Below are positions 1 to 11,647 of a stretch of 64,000 bases of DNA, piece after piece. Made by a program: the position numbers and the translations under genes. Each line of letters begins with the position of its first letter. Within the stretch, counting starts at the first letter, position 1. The stretch spans positions 2,542,001 to 2,606,000 of the forward strand of contig JAUFOQ010000001.1 in the NCBI GenBank assembly GCA_040285855.1, written 5' to 3'. The DNA comes from Eukaryota sp. GEM-RC1 (lineage: Eukaryota). The notes below the pieces were generated by a model. It ran no database searches. It saw only the letters and a list, made by a program, of their open reading frames with translations, and was not told the origin of the DNA.

Positions 1-208
1 GAACCAAGACTTCAGTCTTATAAAACTCATAATTGTATTAAAATTTCAATACACTTGTGATTCGTTTATGATTTTTACAAGGTTTCTTAAGTATGCACAT
101 TGAGTGACATGTATTCTAAGTTATATAAGTAAAACTCTTCAGTTGAAGTGAAGAATTTAACATTTGAGGTAATTTATTTAAGTACTCCCTGAACCAAGAT
201 ATCAACAT

Positions 209-889
209 TAGAGATGGGAGCCGGCTGAATTTGGCCAACTAAGGCTAGCCGAGCTGGTCTGGCTGGTCCTGAAATGATATATATTCAGTTGTAGGCCCAC
301 TGGCTAAAATATATTTAGTACATAGTACATTGTCGTTCTTACTATTTTTGTTTGCTTCTTTTCCTTCAATTTACATTGGATGTAACTGTGTTCTCAAGTA
401 GTGCAGAACCTGAATAAAAACATCAGAGTTCTTTCTCCAACGACTAAGAACTGATTAAGGTCCTTCTCAAAAGTACATGGATTGTTGTTTTCTTTCAATA
501 AGCAGTCAGCCAATTCCAGTATGTTCGATTGTTTCAAACATTGGTAGAAGAATAACTATTTAATCAGTCAACAAGGCTATAAACAACTTGTTTATAAACA
601 AGTTTATAAGTGGAAAGGACCCAAATAAGTAACACGATACAATATGTGAAACACTATATTGATCTAATCAATGCTGGCAGTGTTGAATCGATCTGATACC
701 AGTCTAGTTGTCTTTAACAACTGTCATTTACTGAAAAATCAATCAACAAAGTAGCAACACATTTAGTCAGTTAGCCTAATTACTGGAACATTACATTTAG
801 ACTAAATTAATTGTAATTCAAACAAATGCTCGAAACAAATTTCGCCGAGGCTGATCCGTGAGTAACCTTTGAGCTGGCTCCCATCTATA
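209..889. mobile_element. Degenerate hAT-type MITE
   Basis: Imperfect 18-bp terminal inverted repeats: TAGAGATGGGAGCCGGCT at 209 and AGCTGGCTCCCATCTATA ending at 889 (2 mismatches). Flanking 8-mers ATCAACAT/ATTACAAT match only 5/8. No coding capacity. Confidence 0.45.
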
Positions 890-1065
890 ATTACAATGTA
901 AAATTTTTTATAAATGATTAGTTCTGGTTTAGTGATAAGCTGGCCACTTTCAGACAAAGACACTTCTGCTGAATTTGTGATATTCATGATTCCACTAGCA
1001 GTACATCTGAAATCAAATACCACAAAGCCAAATTCAAAACCACCTTTAAAATCAAACAACTTTAA

Positions 1066-1986
1066 CTACACATATAATTTTATTAATTCATCACTGACGG
1101 CACTGGGGGCAAGTATTCCTATATCAGTAATTAAGAGATCAATCAACTGAGGCGGCGTGTAATCAACGACCTTCTGTTCCTTTAGCTTATACAGAGCTTC
1201 CATGTCAACATCCTCTCTATAAGGTGTGTCATACAAGGAATGTTCGGTATACTGTTCAACATCGTCCTGATCTAGAGGAAAAAGCCGTGTGAACTTATAG
1301 GATTCAGCCGCAACGTAACAACTCTTTCCCAAATGCCGCGCAATCATACATATTCCACACGATCCAATTTGATTGATGATCCCGCCACTCTCAGTGATTC
1401 CGTCAGCTCCTAGTAGTACCATTGTAACTTTAGACATGATAGAAGCCACAGCGGAGTCAGCAATAATAGATACGGGGACTCCATTATTGATCAGGAATTC
1501 AGCAGTTTGATATCCATTGTTCATTGGTGAACTTTCAGTGACAATGACGCTGATCTGACGTTGCTGAGCAACACAAGCCAGGAGATGACACACAACTCGA
1601 GAGTATCCGTGAGTCAGAATGACAGAACCATCTAGAAATAGAGTGGGTCCAGACTTAGATACAACTTCTTTCGCGTTAGATGCGTGTTCTACAAACTGTT
1701 TTCCACGGTCTATGAATATGCTTTTACAGTGTTGAAAATCGAATTCATCAGAGGTTCTGGACACAAATTTACGAAAGAGTGCAATGCCAGCAGTTAGTGA
1801 TATGGCGCGAGATACTTTCTTCATTTCGTCGGTCGCTTCTGAAATTTGTTGGTTAAGATCCATTATAGTATTTGCATCAGACTCCTCTATGATGGTAACG
1901 AGAAGTTCCACGGCAAGAACTGCTGTAGCTTTGTTCCGTAGCTGAATTTGATGTCGGAAGGTATCTATAAGTTGTTGAAGATGCAT
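1066..1986 (-). CDS. EIF2B1: Translation initiation factor eIF2B alpha subunit
   Basis: 306-aa ORF with ILTHGYSRVV, VLLGADGITESGGIINQIG, YVAAESYKFTRLFPLDQ, VDYTPP and LAPSAVSDELIKLY, typical of eIF2B-alpha/GCN3. Confidence 0.93.
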   Translation of the reverse strand: MHLQQLIDTFRHQIQLRNKATAVLAVELLVTIIEESDANTIMDLNQQISEATDEMKKVSRAISLTAGIALFRKFVSRTSDEFDFQHCKSIFIDRGKQFVEHASNAKEVVSKSGPTLFLDGSVILTHGYSRVVCHLLACVAQQRQISVIVTESSPMNNGYQTAEFLINNGVPVSIIADSAVASIMSKVTMVLLGADGITESGGIINQIGSCGICMIARHLGKSCYVAAESYKFTRLFPLDQDDVEQYTEHSLYDTPYREDVDMEALYKLKEQKVVDYTPPQLIDLLITDIGILAPSAVSDELIKLYV

Positions 1987-2211
1987 TAAATAAGGGGTCT
2001 GATCTTGAAGAGGTTGAATAAGATAAGTTCAAAAATATTGGCCTCGACTCATCTCAACTAAGTTCAGTCGCACTTGACTCCACGCAAAATGGTCGAGGTC
2101 GTCTACCAAAAGATCAAAGTAAACTAGCATCATTCATGTCCATATTTTGTCGCAATATAATACAAACATCCCAACAAATTATTTACTGTATTTGAGTATA
2201 CCTAAATGATA

Positions 2212-2643
2212 TCAATTTCGAAGATCCTCAGGTTCTATCACAATCAGCATGTCAGTCACATGTCCCTGAATCAGCAAATGATAGAGTTGATGAACAACAG
2301 TTCCATGTAAAAAGATCCACAAAAGATAAACGACTCTTCCGAACATATTAAAGGATGACCAATTATATAACAAAAATAATATCAGTATAGCCTCGTAGAA
2401 AATTCCATAGTGAAACTGCTTTTTAGACGCAACTTCTTCATTGATTAACATCATGCAATATAGATAGTACCAACCAAATGAGATGAAGTCAACAAAGCAG
2501 AGTAGGAGGACGGAAAATATTACAGTATTAAAAGACGATTCACTGAGAGGATATTTAACAGCAAAGGACACAGCACTAGTCAAAGAGGTGAGTCCAACAA
2601 CACCAGATAGGATTGCCAACGTGATACAAGCTTTGCTAGACAT
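2212..2643 (-). CDS. Small hypothetical membrane protein (about 4 hydrophobic segments)
   Basis: 143-aa ATG-initiated ORF with several hydrophobic stretches; no recognised family. Confidence 0.5.
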   Translation of the reverse strand: MSSKACITLAILSGVVGLTSLTSAVSFAVKYPLSESSFNTVIFSVLLLCFVDFISFGWYYLYCMMLINEEVASKKQFHYGIFYEAILILFLLYNWSSFNMFGRVVYLLWIFLHGTVVHQLYHLLIQGHVTDMLIVIEPEDLRN

Positions 2644-3036
2644 GTGTTGGTCTCAAACATCTCACGAAAAACGAGATGTCTGATGAGATACCCTATAGAT
2701 TGCAATATTATTAACCATTACTTTAAACTAAGAATCGATGTATGTTGTGACGAATGGAAACATTTGGTGATAACATATACATGTGTAGAACAATATACCA
2801 ATTACATTTATAGACTAGTAATGTAACAGCTACAACGTAAAACAACATATTGACACAATGAAGATCAAGGCCAAGTTAGATCAAAAGACTGTCTCATCAG
2901 ACTTATTGGAACACTGCGGTTCAAAAACAGATCTGTTGGACATGGGTCAAGTGAAGAGAGGCTACTGTATGTAGCAGGATTAGGTACATGTACAGTGTAC
3001 ATATAAAACTGAATCTCGAACTTTACAAGACTTCAA

Positions 3037-3591
3037 ATGGCTTCAGCACTTCAAGGCATCCGATCGCTTCCAGCAAACACTCGTGGCATTCCTGCCATGT
3101 TCTTCATCGAGGACCTTGATGCCTTCATGAGAAGTGAAACTCCCGAAAATGCCATCCAGAACTTTCATGATAACTATTCTAAATATAAGCTTCTTGAACA
3201 ACGACTCTCTAGTAGCATAGCTTCTCTCAAAGGTCGTATTCCTGAGATCGAGAAGAACTTAGAAGCTATTGAAATGCTTGTTTCCAAGACTGAGGAATCC
3301 GATCAGATCCCAGTCTCGTATCAGTTAGCTGACAATGTTTCTGCTGCTGCTACAGCCAATCTTACAGACCGTTCTGTCTGTCTTTGGCTAGGGGCTGAAG
3401 TTATGGTGAAATATTCCTTCGAGGAAGCCCAATCTCTATTAAAGGACAACTTACGAGCAGCTGAAACTAATCTGGAGCGTACATTGGAAGATTTAGATTT
3501 TGTTCGTGTTCAAATAACAACAACTGAAGTGAACACTTCTAGAGTTTTCAATTATGATGTCAAAAAAAGAAGAACGCCTGTAGCAAAGTAA
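3037..3591 (+). CDS. PFDN3: Prefoldin subunit 3 (VBP1/PAC10)
   Basis: RGIPAMFFIED, YSKYK, VCLWLGAEVMVKYSFEEA and QITTTEVNTSRVFNYDVKKRR motifs. Confidence 0.93.
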   Translation: MASALQGIRSLPANTRGIPAMFFIEDLDAFMRSETPENAIQNFHDNYSKYKLLEQRLSSSIASLKGRIPEIEKNLEAIEMLVSKTEESDQIPVSYQLADNVSAAATANLTDRSVCLWLGAEVMVKYSFEEAQSLLKDNLRAAETNLERTLEDLDFVRVQITTTEVNTSRVFNYDVKKRRTPVAK

Positions 3592-4248
3592 TATAGATAT
3601 GATTGACACATTCTTGTAATATTTATTTGAAATCAATATAAAACTAATTCGGATTAGATTTGCAAAACTGGACATGAGTTAGGATGCATCATTCTGTGTC
3701 AACGTGTGTATTCCAAGGTCAAGCAATTTTGGCAATGACACTAGCAGAAAGTAACAAAACACTTTTCCGAAATTTTTGTCTCCTGAAAAGGTTCTATAAA
3801 CAGGTGTTTCTCTTGACCAACGATTCAAATACTCATCCAATTTTGATTATGGAATCAATTAAAGACAGATGTCAATAAAAGGACGACTTGGAAGTGGTTT
3901 CTGTACGCAAGCCTTAGTCTTCAACAGAGGGAATGCTGTGGACGAAGAGTACGTACAATGCACTTCACAGTACCCCTTTCAGCACTTCAGAAGAACTGTG
4001 CAGAAATTTGAGAAGAGTGATGGGTTAACTGCTTCGATAACTGACACCACATACATTCAAATCTGAATACATCATGAAGACATAACATAATCGTGTTTTA
4101 CAGGTAAGAAGGATTGAACATGAAGATCTTGAGAGAAGTATAGTCAATTTGCACGCAGAAATCAATTCACAAATTTAAATCCCAGTCCAAACAATTGCAG
4201 TCAGTGTTTGTTTGGTGTGTGAACCGAATTTTCACCTCCCACACTTCC

Positions 4249-5304
4249 ATGTCCAAATTCATTAAGATCCACTTTTGTGACAACTCCAGCAAAACTGTTT
4301 CAATTCAACGAGCCACCACTGCTCAACAATTGGTTGACTCCTTGGTCGAAAAGTTGTCTATAACTGCGGAACCGGAGACGTTCTGCCTCTTTGAGGTACG
4401 CGCCGAGGTCGAACGCTGCATCCACAAGGATGAAATTCCCTTCGAAATTCTGTCTGTTTGGGGCAACGACAAATCCGCCAAGTTTCTCTTCAAGAAACGT
4501 TACTACATGACTCCTCAGGTTCTTCCAACAGCTGAAACTGATCTCCACATGCTGTACATCCAGTCAAGATCCGACATTCTCTCCGGTGAGTTGTCTTGTA
4601 GCGAAGAAGAAGTCATTGCTCTCGCAGGTCTCCATTGTCAAATCTCCTTCGGCGATCACAACCAAGCTCGCCATGTTGTAGGTTTCCTTACCCGTGCTCT
4701 CCATGACTATGTACCCACCACTGTATTTAAGAGCATGGAGCCTCGTAGATGGGAGGAACTCATCTTCGAACAACACGCCAAACTAGCTGGTAAATCCGCC
4801 GTAGACTGCATGAAGTCATTCCTAGAAAAGTGTAAGGCCTTCACCTCCTATGGTCAAATCCTTTTCCCTGTCAAATGGGCATCTGAAGGTTCTCGACGTG
4901 TCAATCTTCGTGCTATCATCGCTGTAGGTATCACTGGAGTGTCCATTCTACGTATCCCTACTAAGGAAGTTATGGCCAACCATCCCTTCAATGACATTCT
5001 ATCCTGGGGTTGTTCCGCTACAACCTTTGCTTTCACTGTTGGTGATCCTGAAACTATCTCCGCTGGAATTGCTGAACAACGTAAGTTTACTTTTGAAACG
5101 AGGAAGGGTAATGAAATAGCTGCTGCTCTCCAAGGTTATGTAGATTTGTTAATCATTCAACTGTCTAAGGAAGATGAGAATCAAGATGCCTCTGCAGTTG
5201 TGGAACAGGTATCAGTTGAAGAAAAACCACAGAAGCAGGGACAGGCTAAGGTTGAAGAGAAGGAAGAGGAACAGAATGATGTAGAGGACAATGCTGACGA
5301 GTAA
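4249..5304 (+). CDS. FERM-domain protein (talin/myosin-tail-like F1-F2-F3) with acidic tail
   Basis: First ATG at 4249 (MSKFIKIHFCD). Ubiquitin-like F1 (IKIHFCDNSSKTV), F2 helices (LYIQSRSDILSG..CSEEEVIALAGL), PH-like F3 (ILSWG...FETRKGNEIAAALQGYV). Confidence 0.85.
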   Translation: MSKFIKIHFCDNSSKTVSIQRATTAQQLVDSLVEKLSITAEPETFCLFEVRAEVERCIHKDEIPFEILSVWGNDKSAKFLFKKRYYMTPQVLPTAETDLHMLYIQSRSDILSGELSCSEEEVIALAGLHCQISFGDHNQARHVVGFLTRALHDYVPTTVFKSMEPRRWEELIFEQHAKLAGKSAVDCMKSFLEKCKAFTSYGQILFPVKWASEGSRRVNLRAIIAVGITGVSILRIPTKEVMANHPFNDILSWGCSATTFAFTVGDPETISAGIAEQRKFTFETRKGNEIAAALQGYVDLLIIQLSKEDENQDASAVVEQVSVEEKPQKQGQAKVEEKEEEQNDVEDNADE

Positions 5305-5351
5305 TTGTAGATGTACTTTTTTGAATAAATTTTTGTAATCGAAATTTTTAT

Positions 5352-6115
5352 TTTATAAACAACAGTTTATTGATGGAGGGTACAAAAATACGTATTATAA
5401 TAAAAGCTATGAAACACTAGACACCGACAATTCCTGGTCCACAGTACCACAGTTTTTATACCACATTGTGAAAATTGATTTACAACACACAGGAACAACG
5501 AACAAAACAAACGGTTATGCCAAATTGATAAGTTAAATCTCTAATTCTGAGACTTACACATAGATCCAAAATCAGTTTACAACTTAGAAGCCATTTCACC
5601 AATACTACCAAGAATAGAAATAGGAAATGTAACAAATATAAATTTTGAATATAAATTTTGCTTGAGTTTAGCAACGTCTTTGGAATACAAATCAATTTTA
5701 CGTTTTTCAGCTGTTTCTAGGTGATTGAAACCTGTTGAATTTAAGCCATTAACATAAGTTTGAGCACATGGATCAACTGCTGTAACATCAAGGATAATTT
5801 GACTAGAATCAACAAAGGGCCATATCAGTCATCTCGACGAGAATTATAAATTAAATCAAGACCCAACTTACTAAATAAAGGTTTAACTTTGGCATGAAAT
5901 CCATTAGCCTTAAACATTTCAAATGTAACATCTCTGACAGCATTATGAAGAGCTGAACGAAATTGAATAAATTTGGGGCAATTAATTACATGTCTAACAG
6001 TTGCAATGCGACGATGACTACAAACGCAATCAGAATTGTTCAGCAATTCTACTGGAAACAAACCTAAACGCAATCGCATATTTAATTTTATTTTTGTAAG
6101 ATTGTTCAGGGGCAT
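5352..6115 (-). mobile_element. 3' remnant of RLE-type (CRE-like) non-LTR retrotransposon, copy 1
   Basis: Degenerate frame with LRLG, CVCSH..HVINC zinc knuckle, LHNAVRD (RHN-like) motif and SRRDD..LDVT..DP nuclease-like motifs, then a 3' end with AATAAA. Homologous DNA recurs at about 15.2, 35.0, 42.0 and 44.3-45.8 kb. Confidence 0.7.
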
Positions 6116-6237
6116 TTAATTTATTTATATATGCCATATAACAGTATTGCATGACGTATGATACTGTACTTGTAGTTGAAGATGTAGATAAACACCAACC
6201 ACAAATTTCCTAGACCCATACTTTCTTCACTTTCGAC

Positions 6238-7599
6238 ATGTCATCTTCAGCAGCAGCCAACTTCCGAACTAAAGGAATAGAGATAATTAATAATGCTGCA
6301 GCACTAGACCATGCTGGCGACCACGCAAACGCCCTACAACTTTATCTTCAAGGCATTGAATATCTCTTCCAATCTATCAAATGTATGCCCCTTTCTCTCT
6401 CATTTCCAGTTGAGAAGAATGAAAGTTTTAAATCTGGTCTCCGAACCAAAGTCACACAATATCTTGATCGTGTTGAGGAACTCAAACAAATGAAGGCTAA
6501 GCCCCAACCTGTACCCCAGGGAGGTGGAAGCAATAAACCCAAAGGCAACAGTAAGAAGGGTTCAGGTAAGTCTAATGATGACAAGGGATCTGACAAAGAA
6601 GAAGATGACTCTGAATCCGGCAAACTCAAAGGTGCTCTTGAGTCTGCTATTGTGCGAGAAAAGCCTAATGTCAAATGGGATGACGTCGCCGGTCTGGAAC
6701 TTGCTAAAGAAGCTCTAAAGGAAGCCGTCATTATGCCCCTTAAGTTCCCTCATCTCTTCACTGGAAAACGTACCCCCTGGAAAGGTATTCTTCTCTACGG
6801 TCCCCCCGGTACAGGTAAGTCATATCTTGCTAAAGCTGTTGCGACCGAAGTTGACTCTACTTTCTTCTCCATTTCTTCCTCTGATCTCGTCTCCAAGTGG
6901 CAAGGTGAGTCTGAACGTCTAATTAAGCAACTCTTTGAACTTGCTCGTGAGAGTAAACCTTCCATCATCTTTATTGATGAAATCGACTCCCTGTGTTCTG
7001 CACGTTCTGACAATGAGTCGGAAGCTTCGAGGAGAATCAAAACTGAAATTCTGGTTCAAATGCAGGGTGTTGGTAACGTTTCCGATGGTATTCTGATCTT
7101 GGGAGCCACTAACATTCCTTGGAACATTGACTCAGCTGTACGAAGACGTTTTGAGAAGAGAATCTATATTCCACTGCCTGAAGCTCCTGCCAGAACTCAA
7201 ATGTTTAAGATTCATTTGGGTAATACTCCTCATAATCTGGTTGAGAGAGATTTCGAAGAACTGGGTCAAATGACTGAGAAGTTCTCGGGTTCCGATGTTA
7301 ATATTATTGTTCGAGATGCACTGTACCAACCTGTACGATCTCTCCAGTCATCTACTCATTTTAAGAAAGCCACAGCTCCGTCTGACTCAGAGGAAGCTTT
7401 TGTGTGGATTCCGTGTACTCCAAGTGAATCTGAAGCTGTGGAAATGAAGTTAATGGATATAGAACCTACTCGAGTAGGAGTTCCACCAGTAGGTAGAGGG
7501 CATTTTGAAAAGTCGTTGTCTAAGATGAAGCCATCTGTGTCGGAAGAAGATATAGTTGAACATATTAAGTGGACCCAAGAATTTGGAAGTGCAGACTAG
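6238..7599 (+). CDS. VPS4: AAA+ ATPase VPS4 (ESCRT), one predicted 27-nt intron (6383-6409)
   Basis: N-terminal MIT domain, [43 protein letters not shown]-terminal WTQEFG. Removing the intron gives IKFEKN instead of an 9-aa insertion. Confidence 0.96.
   Translation: MSSSAAANFRTKGIEIINNAAALDHAGDHANALQLYLQGIEYLFQSIKCMPLSLSFPVEKNESFKSGLRTKVTQYLDRVEELKQMKAKPQPVPQGGGSNKPKGNSKKGSGKSNDDKGSDKEEDDSESGKLKGALESAIVREKPNVKWDDVAGLELAKEALKEAVIMPLKFPHLFTGKRTPWKGILLYGPPGTGKSYLAKAVATEVDSTFFSISSSDLVSKWQGESERLIKQLFELARESKPSIIFIDEIDSLCSARSDNESEASRRIKTEILVQMQGVGNVSDGILILGATNIPWNIDSAVRRRFEKRIYIPLPEAPARTQMFKIHLGNTPHNLVERDFEELGQMTEKFSGSDVNIIVRDALYQPVRSLQSSTHFKKATAPSDSEEAFVWIPCTPSESEAVEMKLMDIEPTRVGVPPVGRGHFEKSLSKMKPSVSEEDIVEHIKWTQEFGSAD
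6383..6409 (+). other. Predicted 27-nt spliceosomal intron (in frame, no stop)
   Basis: GTATGCCCCTTTCTCTCTCATTTCCAG. It sits inside the conserved K-Y/F-E-K-N of the MIT domain and has the same 3' motif as two other introns in the window. Confidence 0.8.
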
Positions 7600-8107
7600 T
7601 TTTTGTAATTATTGTAAATATGTTTGTCATAAAGGCATTTGTCGGATTTTATTAGTTTAGTTTTTTTGAGAATTGTTGATTATCACAGCATGTTGAGATT
7701 CTTGTGGTTACAATATTATTTCATTACTTCAATGGCTTCAGTAACGACAGAACTTCACATGATTTAAACTGTACAATTCGTAATTCACTATCTTTCTGTT
7801 GTTTGTAATGTTTTAACAGCAGAACAATATTAGTTCAATTTTCATCTCACCGGAAATTAGTGTTCTTTAACTGTTTTGATTGATTCCTCCAATTCATTAC
7901 GTGTACTACAGTACTGTACTAAAAAAAGGACTTAACACCATAACATACAGGGTTTTTACTTTCAATACAGCTCCAATACAAAAAAAGCATCACAATTAAC
8001 ATTATTGTAATGGTTGGCCTCCACTATATCAAACCCAATAATAGAACAACAAACAAAAGTGATTGAGACTGTTTCTGAAGATTTCCCGAGAATCTTCCAC
8101 TTTCCAA

Positions 8108-9730
8108 ATGCAACGTGATACTCAACATTATTCTCCTCTCCAGTGCGCTCGTTTAACATATGAGTCCCCGATCCCTGCTGTCCTCAAGGATCACTGTAAG
8201 ATCGTAGAGGCTACCGAAGCTCATTCCATTGATTCCACTGTCGCTTCATATTTCCCCACCACCAGTCATATGCGCAAGGTTAAGATCGTTTCTGATACTG
8301 ATGCAGCATCTCCTCAGCCGCTTAAAGTCGGAGTTGTACTCTCTGGAGGCCAAGCTCCCGGAGGTCATAATGTCATTTTTGGTCTCTTCGAAGGTCTAAA
8401 ACACATTCACCCAGAATCTCAACTCTTTGGCTTCCTAGGTGGTCCCTCGGGTATCCTCAACCAACAACACGTCGAGATCACTGCTGAAAACATCGCTCCC
8501 TACAAAAACCAAGGGGGCTTTGACATCATTGGATCTGGACGTACCAAGATCGAATCACAAGCTGATTTCAAGAAGGCCTTGGAATGTGCTGCTACTATGA
8601 ACCTAAACGCCATCGTAGTCATTGGAGGAGACGATTCCAACACAAACGCTGGTAATCTAGCCGAATACTTCCATAGCCAAAACTCTCCCACTGCTGTTAT
8701 TGGTGTCCCCAAGACCATTGACGGAGATCTCAAAAACAAGGACATTGAAGTGTCCTTTGGTTTCCACACTGCTTGTATGGTTTACTCTGAGCTAATTGGT
8801 AACATTGAAACTGACTGTAACTCTGCAAAGAAGTACTATCATTTCATTAGATTGATGGGTCGTGCTGCTTCCCATATCGCTTTAGAATGTGCCCTCCAAA
8901 CTAGACCAAATATGGTTCTGATTTCTGAAGAAGTCGCCGCTAAGAACTGGTCTCTTTCTCAAATTGCTGGTCAGATTGCTGATCTAGTAGCAAAACGTGC
9001 TGAACATGGTAAGAACTTTGGAATCGTATTGGTTCCTGAAGGTCTCATTGACTTTATTCCAGAAGTCTCCAAACTTATTGCTGAACTCAACGATCTTTTG
9101 TCTAAGATTTCTTCAGATTCCATTGATCTCATCCGCAGCAAGCTCTCAGCTGAATCATTGTCAGCTTTTGACTTTTTGCCTGTGACTATTCAAAATCAGT
9201 TACTTTTGGACAGAGATCCTCATGGTAATGTTCAAGTTTCTAGAATTGAAACTGAACGTCTCTTGATTGAGCTAGCTGAAAGAGAATTAGCCCGCCGTGA
9301 AGCCGAAGGTACCTACAAGGGAAAGTTCAACGCTCTATCTCATTTCTTTGGATATGAAGGTCGTTGTTCTCTCCCCACCAACTTTGACTCCAAGTATTGC
9401 TATGTTTTGGGTAGAACTGCTGCTGTCTTGGTTCAACACAACTGTACTGGAATGATGGCTTACGCTGCTAACCTTGTCATGAAGACTGAGGACTGGGTTG
9501 TAGGAGGTGTTCCAATTGGTGCAATGTGTGGAATTGAGAGAAGAAAGGGAAAGGAAGTTCCAGTGGTCACTAAGGCTTTAGTCAATCTTAATGATAATCC
9601 CTTCAAGTATCTTGCTGATCATCGTGAGGAGTGGAGCGTGAAGGATTTCTACAGGAATCCCGGTCCCATTCAGTTCTATGGTCCAACGGCTGATGAAGTG
9701 CCTTTTACTACTGTTTTGGAACAGTCTTAG
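8108..9730 (+). CDS. PFP: Pyrophosphate-dependent phosphofructokinase (long/PFP-beta clade)
   Basis: First ATG at 8108. LSGGQAPGGHNVI, GGDDSNTNA (Asp diagnostic for PPi use), PKTIDGDLKN, RLMGRAASHIALEC, FFGYEGR, NPGPIQF. Confidence 0.95.
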   Translation: MQRDTQHYSPLQCARLTYESPIPAVLKDHCKIVEATEAHSIDSTVASYFPTTSHMRKVKIVSDTDAASPQPLKVGVVLSGGQAPGGHNVIFGLFEGLKHIHPESQLFGFLGGPSGILNQQHVEITAENIAPYKNQGGFDIIGSGRTKIESQADFKKALECAATMNLNAIVVIGGDDSNTNAGNLAEYFHSQNSPTAVIGVPKTIDGDLKNKDIEVSFGFHTACMVYSELIGNIETDCNSAKKYYHFIRLMGRAASHIALECALQTRPNMVLISEEVAAKNWSLSQIAGQIADLVAKRAEHGKNFGIVLVPEGLIDFIPEVSKLIAELNDLLSKISSDSIDLIRSKLSAESLSAFDFLPVTIQNQLLLDRDPHGNVQVSRIETERLLIELAERELARREAEGTYKGKFNALSHFFGYEGRCSLPTNFDSKYCYVLGRTAAVLVQHNCTGMMAYAANLVMKTEDWVVGGVPIGAMCGIERRKGKEVPVVTKALVNLNDNPFKYLADHREEWSVKDFYRNPGPIQFYGPTADEVPFTTVLEQS

Positions 9731-11647
9731 ATCTTTTTTTAATAAAGTCGTTTTGAGTTATTTTATAGTTCTTCGCATCATTCAGAACACAAATTCTGAC
9801 ATCAATGTGTTGTAAGACAAGATGAAGATCTGATAACTACTACTACCAGTAGTATAGTATAAATTCATAAAAAGAAAAAACACATCAAAAATTAATGATC
9901 TTAAACAAACAATAAACTCCAAAAGGAACAAAAATTGAGAGTAAATGAAGATCAAAGAAGAAAGATCTGGATAAACACATACCGTCAATGATGATCCCAG
10001 ACAGTCCTCATCATAGAGAAGTGCTGGTGAATGGTGTGCCTTAGTCGAAGAGTACAAAAGATAGAATCATTGGATATGATGAGCAGGTGTAGGATGAATG
10101 ACAGTGGTACGATGTCACTGTTTTGTTGTTTTTTGACTTGAGTTTAACTGAACAATTTCTCATCTCCTTCTGTCTTGATTCTGATGTCGTTTTCCCTTCC
10201 CCCAGCAGAAACTCTTTCTATCATCCTCGATGAACCTTCCCTCTGCAACCAAACCATTACATTTGGAGAAGAATCTATTGATGTGAACAAATTCATCCTT
10301 GCTGCTCATTCCACTTACTTCCGATCTCTTTGGTTCTTGGAGTTTGGTGATAGAGACGAAAACCCAATCGACTTCTCTCATCTCCCTGTTGATTCTGACA
10401 ACTTTCTTGCCTTCATCAAGTCCTTCTTCGGACAATCTTTCAACCTCGATGAGAGCAATGCTTATGACTTATACTATCTCGTCCACTACTTCCAAGTGGA
10501 CAAACTGATTGTCCAAGTTGAAAACCACCTAAACACTCATCTTGTAACCTGGGCTTGGCTAAAACCATTCATTAAAGAAGCAAATGAAAGAAATGACTTG
10601 AGAGCTCTGGAATTCGTTGGTCCTTTCTTTTCTAAGATTGATGACCTTGTGATTGATGACGTGATGGCAATCACTACTGAAGGGTTACAAACACTTTCAA
10701 AATACTGTACTTCCACTCAATCTCAATCGTGGTTCATTAAATCAATGGTGGAATCAATTTTGAATCAAAGTTTTGATTTGAATGAGTTTTTAACTGTATT
10801 AAATTCTTGCTCAATTGAAGCCTTTTCTTTTCAACAATGGGATGAGTTTCTACTTGTTCCTTTAAAAGATGTTGAAGAATTGGAAGCCGATTTGATGAAG
10901 TTTTTGTTTACAAGAGTTAAGAATCTTTATTTTGACTCTTTGGTTAAGGAAGTTTCCGATTTAAAGGAAGAAAATTCTGAATTAACTACCAAAAATTCGG
11001 ATTTAGAAAGTAACAATTCAGACTTAAACACACTTACTACTGATTTAACAACGGAAATTCATGATTTGAAGACAACAATTTCTGAGTTAGAAACAAACAA
11101 TGCTGGTTTAACAACTGAAAATCAGAATTTAACTGCTACAATGTCTAAAGAAATTGCTAAACTAAAACAAGAAATTGAACAATTTAAAAAGACAGCTACA
11201 GAAACTCAAGTGGTGTCTCAATCAGTTCCCCAATCAAAAGTGATTAGATTCTCCCCAACTAAGAAACATTCTCAGTTACAAGTTAGTGGGGATAGAAAGA
11301 GAGTTATTTTTGGAAGTGGTGTTGGGACTAGAAATATCTTGGGAGAAGATCCACTTCTTCCAGGTAATGAGTATACTTGGAAGTTGAGGTACCAGGGGAC
11401 TGCTGATAATCTTATTGTTGGAGTCATTGACGAGGCAAAGTTTAGTGTTGGTGGTAATTGTTGGAGTAATGGTCATTGTTTCCACAATGCTAGTGGTGTT
11501 TTTGGTTGTCTCTCAGGAAACAAAACTCAGTGGAATCCTGGTGAATTACTCGAAATCAATGTAAATCTCATTAACCATACTTTAACAATCAAATCCGTGA
11601 GTAATTCTTCAATTAATCTTACTGGAACTCTTCCCAGATTAAGTAGT

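Noticed and set aside
11290..11530. Diversity-generating retroelement acting on the SPRY loops (many NNT codons)
   Set aside because: Loop 2 fits an adenine-template pattern, but other differences are at non-A-compatible sites (AGT/ACT with GGT/GCT, TTT/TGG) and include indels. No template repeat or DGR reverse transcriptase is in the window. Diversifying selection is the simpler explanation.
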